64,000 bases of DNA from Gemmatimonadales bacterium (lineage in GTDB: Bacteria; Gemmatimonadota; Gemmatimonadetes; Gemmatimonadales; GWC2-71-9). Of the stretch, positions 1 to 7,850 are shown one piece after another. Made by a program: the position numbers and the translations under genes. Numbering within the stretch: the first letter of the stretch is position 1; the number at the start of each line of letters is the position of its first letter. The notes under the pieces were generated by a model. That model did no database searches and had not been told where the DNA came from. It saw nothing but the letters and a program-made list of their open reading frames with translations. The DNA is taken from contig JBQTHV010000108.1 in the NCBI GenBank assembly GCA_052389555.1, positions 35 through 64,034 on the forward strand, given 5' to 3'.

Positions 1-819
1 GATACCCTGCCCCTGATACACCTTGATGAAGCCCTCGTCCTCGTCGGTGATATCGCCGTCGCCGTTGAGATCGACCGGCACGAACTCCACGCGAGTCCGC
101 GCTTCACCTTCGAGTCCGCTGGAATAGCCGGTGAAGTAGGTGTTTCCGGTCTGGGCGTAGGCCTTCAGGGCCTGGAGGTCGGCGGTGGTCGGCATCCCGA
201 TGGGATTCACGTTCTCCTGATAGCCCACGTCGAAGGTGCCGTACTGGGGATTGGAGATGTACTGGGCGGTGCGCACCACATCCCAGAAGCGGGCCCCGCT
301 GGAGTGGATCTGGATCCGGTCGTTGGAGTGAACCGGGCCGAAGATCTGGTCGCCGCCGCCGAAGTAGATCGCCCCCTCGATCGTGGTGAAGTAGGCGTAC
401 TTGGCAAAGCTCTCCTGGTTCACCTCGAGACGGCGGACCACCCTGATGTTGGTGTTGTCCACCACCTGACTGATGATGCTGCCGAAGATGCCGTATTGCC
501 CGGTGGAGTTGCCGCTCGGACCAGCCCAGGTCCAGCGGGTTATGCCTGGAATCACGGTGCCGTTCGCGTCATAGACCGCCACCCCGTTTTCCAGCGTGAC
601 GTAGTTGCTGTCGGGCCAGAGACTCGGCGTGCCGTTGAGCCGGCTCCGGCCCTCTTCCAGGCCGGCCAGCGCGGCGTCGTTCACGATCGCCAGGCGCTCG
701 TTGTAGCGACGAACCAAGGTCGAGTTCGAGGCCATCATCGCCGCGCCCAGGGAGAGGGCACTCAGCGCGAAGGCCAGCAGCAAGACCGTCACCAACGCGA
801 TACCGCGCTCGTTGCGCAT
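1..819 (-). CDS. PilX-like type IV pilus minor pilin/assembly protein (3' end beyond window)
   Basis: Absent from ORF track because there is no stop in the window. Reverse complement from 819 reads MRNERGIALVTVLLLAFALSALSLGAAMMASNSTLVRRYNERLAIVNDAALAG... I checked the frame stays open to position 1. Hydrophobic PilX_N-type N-terminus, directly downstream of three prepilin-type genes. Confidence 0.6.
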   Translation of the reverse strand, partial: MRNERGIALVTVLLLAFALSALSLGAAMMASNSTLVRRYNERLAIVNDAALAGLEEGRSRLNGTPSLWPDSNYVTLENGVAVYDANGTVIPGITRWTWAGPSGNSTGQYGIFGSIISQVVDNTNIRVVRRLEVNQESFAKYAYFTTIEGAIYFGGGDQIFGPVHSNDRIQIHSSGARFWDVVRTAQYISNPQYGTFDVGYQENVNPIGMPTTADLQALKAYAQTGNTYFTGYSSGLEGEARTRVEFVPVDLNGDGDITDEDEGFIKVYQGQGI

Positions 820-839
820 ACCATCCTCCAAGTGCAGGC

Positions 840-1991
840 TCACGGCACCGGTACCGTGATCGACACGCTTTGGAGCGACAGGGCTGGGGTGCAGTCCTGC
901 GCCACCACCGCGTACTGATATGAGGACCCGCTGACCACGTCCGGGTCCGGGAAGGTGTAGCTCGCCGAGCCGGATGAGGAGATCGAGGTGTAGGGATCGC
1001 CCCAGGGTCCCGCTCCGTTCAGCCGCCGCCACACCAGATACCGAATCACATCCTGCTCGCCCGACGCTTCATCCACCGACGCGTTCCAGCTGACCTCGAT
1101 GGCGTTCGACAAGGGATTCCACAATGCGGTGACCGGATTCCCGAAGATCGGGGTGTCACCGCAGGTGATCAGCTTTTTCACGCCGCTGTTGGGCATGGCG
1201 AGGAGTGCGGTGGCGGTCCGAATCCGCTCGTCGGGGCCGGTCCTGCCGTTGGTTACCCGATAGCGTACTTCGACGGCCCGCAGCAGGTCGATTCGGGCCA
1301 GCGTTCCCGTGTCGGGGAGCTGGCCGTGCTGCGCCGCCGAGTGCGTCAGGGCCCCCCACGCAGCCGGCACCGTATCGAGCGTGGCGTTCGCGCCGACCGG
1401 AGCGTTCATGTAGTGGTACCGGAAGAAGTTCCCGCTTTCCGGCGGAAGAATGCTCCGCATCAGCACTTCCTGAGGACGCGCATTCACCCGGCGGACCAGC
1501 ATGTAGTCGTCGGTACGAGCCGTCTCGTCATCGGGGGTAAACCAGAAAATGACGGTCTCGGCTGCGCTGTTCAGGTAGTCCACCAGGGGGTAGGTGAACG
1601 TCGAGCCCGGAATGGTGGTCGCGGTCGCCTGGGTCCAGGCGGTCACCTCGCCAGCCGGCGCGTCGACGTCTATATACACGGCCGAGATGTCAGCCGCGAG
1701 ATTCGAGACGATATCGGCGTTGAAGGCGAACGAGTTCGGGCCTCCATAGACCACGATAGGCTGCCGTGTCTGCGTATTGGCGCCGGCGTTCCGCAGGTCC
1801 TGCTCGAGCTGATCGATCCCGTAGCGGAGGTTCTGCAGCACGCCGAGCTCGTCGCCGCCGCGGCGGAACCCCTTCGACTGGCCGCCGATCGCCTGCATGA
1901 CCCCGGCCAGGACGATCAGGAAGACCGTCATGGCGACCAGGATCTCGATCATGGTCATGCCACGCTCGTCGCGCATCCGTGCCTTACTCAT
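840..1991 (-). CDS. PilW-like minor pilin with C-terminal FN3-like domain
   Basis: N-terminus MSKARMRDERG/MTMIEILVAMTVFLIVLAG (prepilin cleavage/methylation motif plus hydrophobic helix). C-terminus VSWNASVD...IRYLVWRR...YQYAVVAQD resembles fibronectin type III. ATGA overlap with upstream gene. Confidence 0.8.
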   Translation of the reverse strand: MSKARMRDERGMTMIEILVAMTVFLIVLAGVMQAIGGQSKGFRRGGDELGVLQNLRYGIDQLEQDLRNAGANTQTRQPIVVYGGPNSFAFNADIVSNLAADISAVYIDVDAPAGEVTAWTQATATTIPGSTFTYPLVDYLNSAAETVIFWFTPDDETARTDDYMLVRRVNARPQEVLMRSILPPESGNFFRYHYMNAPVGANATLDTVPAAWGALTHSAAQHGQLPDTGTLARIDLLRAVEVRYRVTNGRTGPDERIRTATALLAMPNSGVKKLITCGDTPIFGNPVTALWNPLSNAIEVSWNASVDEASGEQDVIRYLVWRRLNGAGPWGDPYTSISSSGSASYTFPDPDVVSGSSYQYAVVAQDCTPALSLQSVSITVPVP

Positions 1992-2371
1992 GGTGCCGCA
2001 ATCGTGATGGTGCGGCTCACCGCGGTGGCGAGCCCCGTGCCGCTCACCGTGACGGTCACCCGCTTGTAGTCGTTGGTCTGGCCGACGCCCCCGGTCCGCA
2101 CGATGGTCGTTATCCGGGTTAGGCCGGCGGTCGGGGTGTTGCTCTCGCTCCCCGCGTACTTGCCATCGAGCGTGGAATAGGTCGGCCAGGAGCGCACCTC
2201 GGCAATGCGGGCTTCGACCGACGCCGAGGCCAGGGTGCGCACCCGGTCGTCGGTGACCCCGCGGATCATGCTGCCGGAGAGCCGCATGAGCGAGAGGGCG
2301 GCGATGGCGAGGATCACCAGAGCAATCAGCACCTCGATCAGGGTGAAGCCCGCTTCGCGCTTGCGCGTCAT
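1988..2371 (-). CDS. PilV-like minor pilin
   Basis: MTRKREAG/FTLIEVLIALVILAIAAL prepilin motif. I prefer the internal ATG at 2371 (track ORF starts 2419), giving a 1-nt overlap with the upstream stop. Confidence 0.8.
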   Translation of the reverse strand: MTRKREAGFTLIEVLIALVILAIAALSLMRLSGSMIRGVTDDRVRTLASASVEARIAEVRSWPTYSTLDGKYAGSESNTPTAGLTRITTIVRTGGVGQTNDYKRVTVTVSGTGLATAVSRTITIAAP

Positions 2372-2955
2372 CAGAACCCCCGAATCCAGGTCGTACCCGA
2401 CCCGGTGTACCGGAACCATTCGATCCGCCCCGTGGCGCGGACCATCTCGATGGCGCGAGTGTCCCTCATGCGGCGAGTTTCCCCGGCGGCTGCCCGCACC
2501 GACGTGAGATAGAGCCCACCGGAAGCGCTGGCCGCCCCGTTACGGTGAAACACCAGGGTCTGGGTTCCATCGGAGAGCGTCACCGGTCCGGCGCCGAACG
2601 CCCGCGCGGGGGCGCCACCCCGCCCGAACACGATGTGGCGTTCCAGCGACACGCCGCGGGTCCGCTCTCCCCCGTCCGCCGCCCCGTTGCCGTTCACGTC
2701 GTAGACGATCCGGAGCCGGCTGTTCGGCGCGTCGAAGATCACCAGGACATCGTGCTGGCGCGCGACCGCTTCGCGCTGAGCCGACTGCAAGGCGGTGCCG
2801 ACCTGCAGCATCGCGCTCTCCGCGCTGTAGCGGATGTAGTCGATGGCGGGAAAAGCGATCGCAGCGAGGATGCCGATGAGCGCCACCAGCACCAGCAGCT
2901 CGACCAGCGAGAAGCCGCCGTGTCGCGTCGGTTTGAGGCCTGCATAGTGCGTCAT
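2371..2955 (-). CDS. FimT/GspH-like minor pilin
   Basis: ...TRHGG/FSLVELLVLVALIGILAAIAFP prepilin motif. First gene of the minus-strand pilin operon. ATG 2955 preferred over 2985. Confidence 0.78.
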   Translation of the reverse strand: MTHYAGLKPTRHGGFSLVELLVLVALIGILAAIAFPAIDYIRYSAESAMLQVGTALQSAQREAVARQHDVLVIFDAPNSRLRIVYDVNGNGAADGGERTRGVSLERHIVFGRGGAPARAFGAGPVTLSDGTQTLVFHRNGAASASGGLYLTSVRAAAGETRRMRDTRAIEMVRATGRIEWFRYTGSGTTWIRGF

Positions 2956-3165
2956 GAGAGGTCGGCCGGCCAAACCCGGTATCAAGGTTCTGGAGGGAAC
3001 CGCAAGCGCCGCGCCGATCGAGGACCCACCTTAACCCCTTACCCTGCCGCGCGAGCCCCCTGTCTGTAGAGGCGGTGCAACAGGGCCCCGGACCAAAAAC
3101 ATTGCAGATCGCCCAAGCTATGATGCTGCTTGCAGTTCCTCGCGCGGGCGGCCTATCTTCCCGCC

Positions 3166-4491
3166 ATGGCCACCGCAACCGTCATGGACAAGCTGGTTTC
3201 GTTGTGTAAACGCCGCGGATTCGTGTTTCAGTCCTCCGAGATCTATGGCGGGTTGGGCTCGGTCTGGGATTTTGGCCCTCTGGGCGCCGAGCTCAAGAAA
3301 AACGTAAAGGACCGCTGGTGGCACGCGATGGTCCGCACCCGGGACGACATCGAGGGACTCGACGCGGCGATCCTGATGCATCCCAGGGTTTGGGAAGCTT
3401 CCGGTCACGTCGCGGGGTTCACCGATCCGCTGGTCGATTGCCGGACTTGCAAGGCGCGGTTTCGCGCTGATCAGCTCGATCAGGCTACCTGTCCCCAGAA
3501 GCCTTCGAAGCATCCTGGCGAACACTCCACCTGCGACCTGACCCAGCCCAGGATGTTCAACCTGATGTTCAAGACCTTCATGGGTCCGGTGGAGGAGCAG
3601 GCCGCGGTCGTCTATCTCCGCCCCGAGACGGCTCAGGGGATCTACCTCAACTATCTGAACGTGCTCCAGAGCTCGCGGCAGAAGATTCCATTCGGGATCG
3701 CCCAGATCGGCAAGGCATTCCGCAACGAAATCACCCCGGGGAATTTCATCTTCCGGACCCGGGAATTCGAGCAGATGGAGATGCAGTTCTTCCTCAAGCC
3801 TGGCGATGCCGAGGGGTGGTTCGAGCGTTGGCGCGGGTGGCGGATGGACTGGTATCGGGAGTTGGGCCTTACCCCCGCCAAGCTGCGCTGGCACGAGCAT
3901 ACCGGCGCGGAGCTGGCCCACTATGCCCGGGCCGCGTTCGATATCGAGTACGAGTTTCCGTTCGGATGGAACGAGATCGAGGGCATCCACAATCGCGGTG
4001 ACTATGACCTGAGCCGGCACCAGGAGTACTCTGGGAAGAAGCTCGAGTACTTCGACCAGGCGGCAAATACCCGCTACCTCCCGCACATCGTGGAGACCTC
4101 GGCTGGAGCCGATCGGGTGGCCCTGACGCTCCTGGTGGACGCGTTTCGCGAAGAACAAGTGGAGGGGGAGACCCGTACCGTGTTAGGGTTGCATCCGGCG
4201 ATGGCGCCGATCAAGGCGGCAGTCTTCCCGCTCGTCAACAAAGACGGTATGCCGGAGACGGCGACCGCGCTCTACCAGGACCTCCGCAAGCGCCTGGTGA
4301 CGTTCTACGACGACGGCGGCGCGATCGGGCGCCGATACCGGCGGATGGACGAGGTAGGCACCCCATTCTGCATCACCGTGGACGGCCTGACCGGGAGCGA
4401 CTGCTCGGTGACGGTGCGGCAACGGGACACGATGGCCCAGGAGCGGATCGCCATCGACGCGGTTGCGGGGTACCTCGTCGAGCGATTGTGA
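3166..4491 (+). CDS. glyQS: glycine--tRNA ligase (dimeric class II)
   Basis: ATG 3166 gives MATATVMDKLVSLCKRRGFVFQSSEIYGGLGSVWDFGPLGAELKKNVKDRWW, the canonical GlyRS N-terminus. Track ORF begins at an upstream TTG (3130). Confidence 0.93.
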   Translation: MATATVMDKLVSLCKRRGFVFQSSEIYGGLGSVWDFGPLGAELKKNVKDRWWHAMVRTRDDIEGLDAAILMHPRVWEASGHVAGFTDPLVDCRTCKARFRADQLDQATCPQKPSKHPGEHSTCDLTQPRMFNLMFKTFMGPVEEQAAVVYLRPETAQGIYLNYLNVLQSSRQKIPFGIAQIGKAFRNEITPGNFIFRTREFEQMEMQFFLKPGDAEGWFERWRGWRMDWYRELGLTPAKLRWHEHTGAELAHYARAAFDIEYEFPFGWNEIEGIHNRGDYDLSRHQEYSGKKLEYFDQAANTRYLPHIVETSAGADRVALTLLVDAFREEQVEGETRTVLGLHPAMAPIKAAVFPLVNKDGMPETATALYQDLRKRLVTFYDDGGAIGRRYRRMDEVGTPFCITVDGLTGSDCSVTVRQRDTMAQERIAIDAVAGYLVERL

Positions 4492-4497
4492 GCCGCG

Positions 4498-5193
4498 ATG
4501 CGGTTGCCGGACTTCGAAGCCCTGGTGCGCCGTCAGGCGGCCGACATTCCCGCTGAGTTCTTCGAGGGCATCACCGAGGTCGTCGTGTCTCCCCGAACGG
4601 TTCCGCATTCCGAGCGGGAAGGAGTCTGGACGCTGGGCGAGTGCATCCCGCTGCCGGTCGCCGATGGCGACCCCCGGCACGCCCAGAGCCGGATCGTGCT
4701 CTTCTACGGGTCATTCGTGGCGCTGGCGCGGCAAACCGAAGGCTTCGACTGGGCCGGCGAAGCGTGGGAGACGCTCACGCACGAGGTTCGCCATCACGTC
4801 GAGTGGAAAGCCCGAGTGCCCGACCTCGTGGCGTTTGACGACGCCGCCGAGGCAAACTATGCGCGCCAGGACGGCCAGGCGTTCGATCCCCTGTTTTACC
4901 GGGATGGCCTGCGATTGTCGGACGGCTCCTTTCAAGTCGATGACGATGTGTTTCTCGAGCGGATCGTTCGGGATCTGCCCGAGATGGTGCGGTTTCGCTG
5001 GAGTGGCGAGAACCTCGAGGTCAGGGTTCCCCCGGATTGCCGCTTGCCGGCGTTCCTGGCAGTTGGGCGAATTCCCGCTCCCCCGCCGGGGGACCTGGTG
5101 CTGGTGCTGCGTCGCCCCAGTCGCTGGCTCGATTTGTTTCGTCGCCCGCCGGTGTATCAGGCGACCGTGGAGGCCAGGCCGATCCTGCATTAG
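4498..5193 (+). CDS. zincin-like metallopeptidase family protein (DUF1025-like)
   Basis: 231-aa ORF with HExxH (LTHEVRHHVEW) and N-terminal FEALVRRQAADIPAEFFEGI typical of this family. Confidence 0.65.
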   Translation: MRLPDFEALVRRQAADIPAEFFEGITEVVVSPRTVPHSEREGVWTLGECIPLPVADGDPRHAQSRIVLFYGSFVALARQTEGFDWAGEAWETLTHEVRHHVEWKARVPDLVAFDDAAEANYARQDGQAFDPLFYRDGLRLSDGSFQVDDDVFLERIVRDLPEMVRFRWSGENLEVRVPPDCRLPAFLAVGRIPAPPPGDLVLVLRRPSRWLDLFRRPPVYQATVEARPILH

Positions 5194-5202
5194 GTTGCGA
5201 CT

Positions 5203-5496
5203 ATGACCCACGAAGCCGTCACCACTCTCCTGCCGGCCGAAGTGTTTGAGCGGGCCAAGCGGTTCTTCGCCGAGCGGGTTCCCAATCAGGCCGCCTTCCC
5301 CGAAACGGAGGGATCGACCTTCCTGGTCCTTCGCGGCCAGGGCGGTGAGGAGATCAGTCTGGCGGCATTCCCGGCGACTGCGGCCGACGGAGGTACCCGG
5401 GTTAGGGCCTCTACCCTCTTCTTCGATCAGCCTGTGGCGCGCTTTCTCGCGACCCTGCCGGCAGCGGCGGCCCCGCGGCAGCGGCGCTCCGCATGA
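5203..5496 (+). CDS. hypothetical protein
   Basis: 97-aa ORF with G+C-rich third positions. Its stop overlaps the next start (ATGA at 5493-5496). Confidence 0.5.
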   Translation: MTHEAVTTLLPAEVFERAKRFFAERVPNQAAFPETEGSTFLVLRGQGGEEISLAAFPATAADGGTRVRASTLFFDQPVARFLATLPAAAAPRQRRSA

Positions 5497-5753
5497 GGGC
5501 GCCGATGGAAGTGCGGGTGACGTTGCTCGATACCTGGGAAGCGCACGTTTTCAACGTGCCGCCGACGATTCGGGTGAGCGAGCTCAAGCAGGAGGCACTG
5601 GCCCGCTCTCGGGTCCGCCGCTCCCCCGGGGAGTACGAGGTGAAGTACAACGGCGCTCGCCTCGATGACGAAGACCGCACCCTGGCAGATGCCGGAGTTC
5701 TCGACCACGCTGCCCTGATCGTCTTGCCGCTCCGGAGGAGACCCGCTCGTTGA
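5493..5753 (+). CDS. ubiquitin-like (beta-grasp) small protein, no C-terminal GG
   Basis: MEVRVTLL...FNVPPTIRVSELKQEA...NGARLDDEDRTLADAGVLDHAALIVLPLRRR aligns by eye along ubiquitin (LEVEPSDTIENVKAKI...[30 protein letters not shown]). Confidence 0.55.
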   Translation: MRAPMEVRVTLLDTWEAHVFNVPPTIRVSELKQEALARSRVRRSPGEYEVKYNGARLDDEDRTLADAGVLDHAALIVLPLRRRPAR

Positions 5754-5790
5754 CGGTTGACCGTTGACCGTTGACCGTTGACGGTTGCCG
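5749..5790. repeat. tandem heptamer array (GTTGACC/G) x6
   Basis: Read directly. Starts 2 nt before the TGA of the ubiquitin-like ORF. Confidence 0.95.
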
Positions 5791-6702
5791 CGGTTGCTCG
5801 CCGTGCCTTTGCCTGCCGTCTTTACCTCAGCCCGCTGTTTTGAGCATCGCCCCGGGCCGGCCCATCCGGAATCCCCGGAGCGGTTGCGCGCGGTGCAACG
5901 GGCCGTCCAGGCAGAGGACCCGGCGGCGCTCCGCGAGGCCGGCCCCGCGGAGCGGGAGGCGCTCGAGCGGATACACCCACGGGACTATCTCGATCGGCTG
6001 GAGCGGCTGGCCTCGAGCGGTGGCGCGATGCTGGATCCCGATACCTTCCTGAGCGCCGGGAGTTTCGAGGCTGCCCGTGCCGCCGCCGGGGCGCTGCTGG
6101 ACGCGGTCCGCCACGCGTTGGCCGGGGGTGGCAATGCGTTCGCCGCGGTGCGTCCTCCCGGTCACCACGCGCTCCGCGATACGCCGATGGGCTTCTGCTT
6201 CCTGGCCAACGTTGTCATTGCCGCGCGAGAGGCGCAGGCCCTGGGCCGGGAGCGAGTCCTGATCGTGGACTGGGATGTCCATCATGGCAACGGCACCCAG
6301 GCCTTGATGGAGCGGGACGCAACCATTCGCTTGGTCTCGCTCCATCAATGGCCTCACTATCCCGGCACCGGCGCCGCATCGGAGCGCGGGGTGGGGAACG
6401 TGTTCAACCTGCCCAGACCTCCGGGGCTTCCCGCCGAGCGATACGGGGACGACCTCCGGGGAGGGATCGCGAGTGCGCTCGAGGACTGGGCCCCGAAGCT
6501 GATCCTGATCTCAGCGGGTTATGACAGCATGCGGGGCGATCCTCTGGGCGGCTTTACCCTCGAGCCCCAGCACTACGCCGATCTGGTCTGGTGGCTCAGA
6601 GATCGCTGTGTCGGGGTGCCGATCGTGGGTGTCCTGGAAGGGGGGTACCGGCCGGAGCGGATCGCGGCAGGCGTGCTGGCGACCCTCCGCGCGCTGGTTT
6701 GA
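5785..6702 (+). CDS. histone deacetylase-family (arginase/deacetylase superfamily) protein
   Basis: RPPGHHA, DWDVHHGNGTQ and SAGYDSMRGDPLGG motifs. Start uncertain: TTG 5785 lies in the heptamer array and GTG 5803 is an alternative. Confidence 0.85.
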   Translation: MPRLLAVPLPAVFTSARCFEHRPGPAHPESPERLRAVQRAVQAEDPAALREAGPAEREALERIHPRDYLDRLERLASSGGAMLDPDTFLSAGSFEAARAAAGALLDAVRHALAGGGNAFAAVRPPGHHALRDTPMGFCFLANVVIAAREAQALGRERVLIVDWDVHHGNGTQALMERDATIRLVSLHQWPHYPGTGAASERGVGNVFNLPRPPGLPAERYGDDLRGGIASALEDWAPKLILISAGYDSMRGDPLGGFTLEPQHYADLVWWLRDRCVGVPIVGVLEGGYRPERIAAGVLATLRALV

Positions 6703-6742
6703 CGGATCAGCGCGGGCCGTCTATACTCGGCTCGCTACCAAT

Positions 6743-6777
6743 TATCAGCTATCAGCTATCAGCTATCAGCTATCAGG
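6743..6777. repeat. tandem heptamer array (TATCAGC) x5
   Basis: Read directly. Intergenic, 41 nt after the HDAC stop. CACTTTT x2 follows at about 6803-6816. Confidence 0.95.
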
Positions 6778-6830
6778 TAATCGCTGTTCGAGAACATATA
6801 TCGCCTTCACTTTTCACTTTTCCCGTTTCC

Positions 6831-7850
6831 GTGTCGCTTCGCCTCCAGGCCGACATCCTCGAGCTCAAGACGCGCCATCCGTTCATCATCGCGCGCGGGT
6901 CGCAGGATACCTATCGCACCGTAGCGGTCCGGCTGGTGGATCGCGACGGAGTGGAAGGTTGGGGCGAAGCGGCGCCCCAGCGGTTCTATGGGGAGACGCC
7001 CGAGACCGTGCTCGCGGCGCTGGAGGTGTATGCCACCGCGCTGCCGGACCATTCCTATCATCTCGACGACGCAGAGGCCCGCTTCGACTCGCTGCTCAAC
7101 GGCAACAACTCCGCCCGCGCGGCGCTCTCGGCGGCTCTCCATGACCTGGTGGGGAAGCGGCTCGGCGCACCGGTGTACCGGCTCTTCGGACTCGACCCGA
7201 TCAAGTGTCCGGTGTCCACCTTTACGATCGGGATCGACACGCCAGAGCGGATGCGACGAAAAGTGGAAGAGGCCGAGCCGTACCCCGTACTCAAGATCAA
7301 ACTCGGCACCCGGGACGATCTCGCGGTGCTGCGCGCCATCCGGGAGGTAACCTCGAAGGAGCTCCGGGTCGATGCCAACTGTGGCTGGACCCGGAAGCAG
7401 GCGATCCGGACGCTGCCGGTCCTCGAGGAGTTCGGGGTAACCGTACTCGAGCAGCCGCTCCATCCGGAGGATCTCGAAGGACTCGCCGAAGTCACGCGCC
7501 ATTCGCGCCTGCCGGTCATCGCGGACGAGAGCTGCCTGACCGCCGCCGACATTCCGCGGCTCGTGGGCAGGGTCGATGGGATCAACATCAAGCTCGCCAA
7601 GGCCGGCGGGTTACGGGAGGCGCTGCGGATGGTCGCCGTGGCCCGGGCTCACCATCTGATGGTGATGCTCGGGTGCATGATCGAGACGTCGGTAGCCATC
7701 ACCGCCATGGCCCAGATTGCGCCGCTGGTCGATCTGTGCGATCTCGACGGCGCTGCTCTCCTGGCCCACGATCCCTATGTCGGGGCAACCATCGACGGCG
7801 GACAGCTTCGGTTACCCGAGGGGCCGGGTCTCGGCCTCTCGCGGCGATGA
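6831..7850 (+). CDS. dipeptide epimerase (enolase superfamily, L-Ala-D/L-Glu epimerase-like)
   Basis: KIKLG, DANCGW, LEQP and IADES motifs. Track start 6591 overlaps the HDAC gene and a repeat array, so in-frame GTG 6831 is preferred. Confidence 0.8.
   Translation: MSLRLQADILELKTRHPFIIARGSQDTYRTVAVRLVDRDGVEGWGEAAPQRFYGETPETVLAALEVYATALPDHSYHLDDAEARFDSLLNGNNSARAALSAALHDLVGKRLGAPVYRLFGLDPIKCPVSTFTIGIDTPERMRRKVEEAEPYPVLKIKLGTRDDLAVLRAIREVTSKELRVDANCGWTRKQAIRTLPVLEEFGVTVLEQPLHPEDLEGLAEVTRHSRLPVIADESCLTAADIPRLVGRVDGINIKLAKAGGLREALRMVAVARAHHLMVMLGCMIETSVAITAMAQIAPLVDLCDLDGAALLAHDPYVGATIDGGQLRLPEGPGLGLSRR

Noticed and set aside
7205-7846. 5' extensions of track ORFs: priA from 7205, epimerase from 6591, nagZ from 21395, SSF from 22876, GWxTD from 28914, oxidoreductase from 40849, kinase up to 28109, GT4 from 46808, tlpA from 60212
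   Set aside because: The extensions overlap the preceding well-supported CDS in another frame. Conserved N-termini and stop/start coupling point to the internal starts given in the features.
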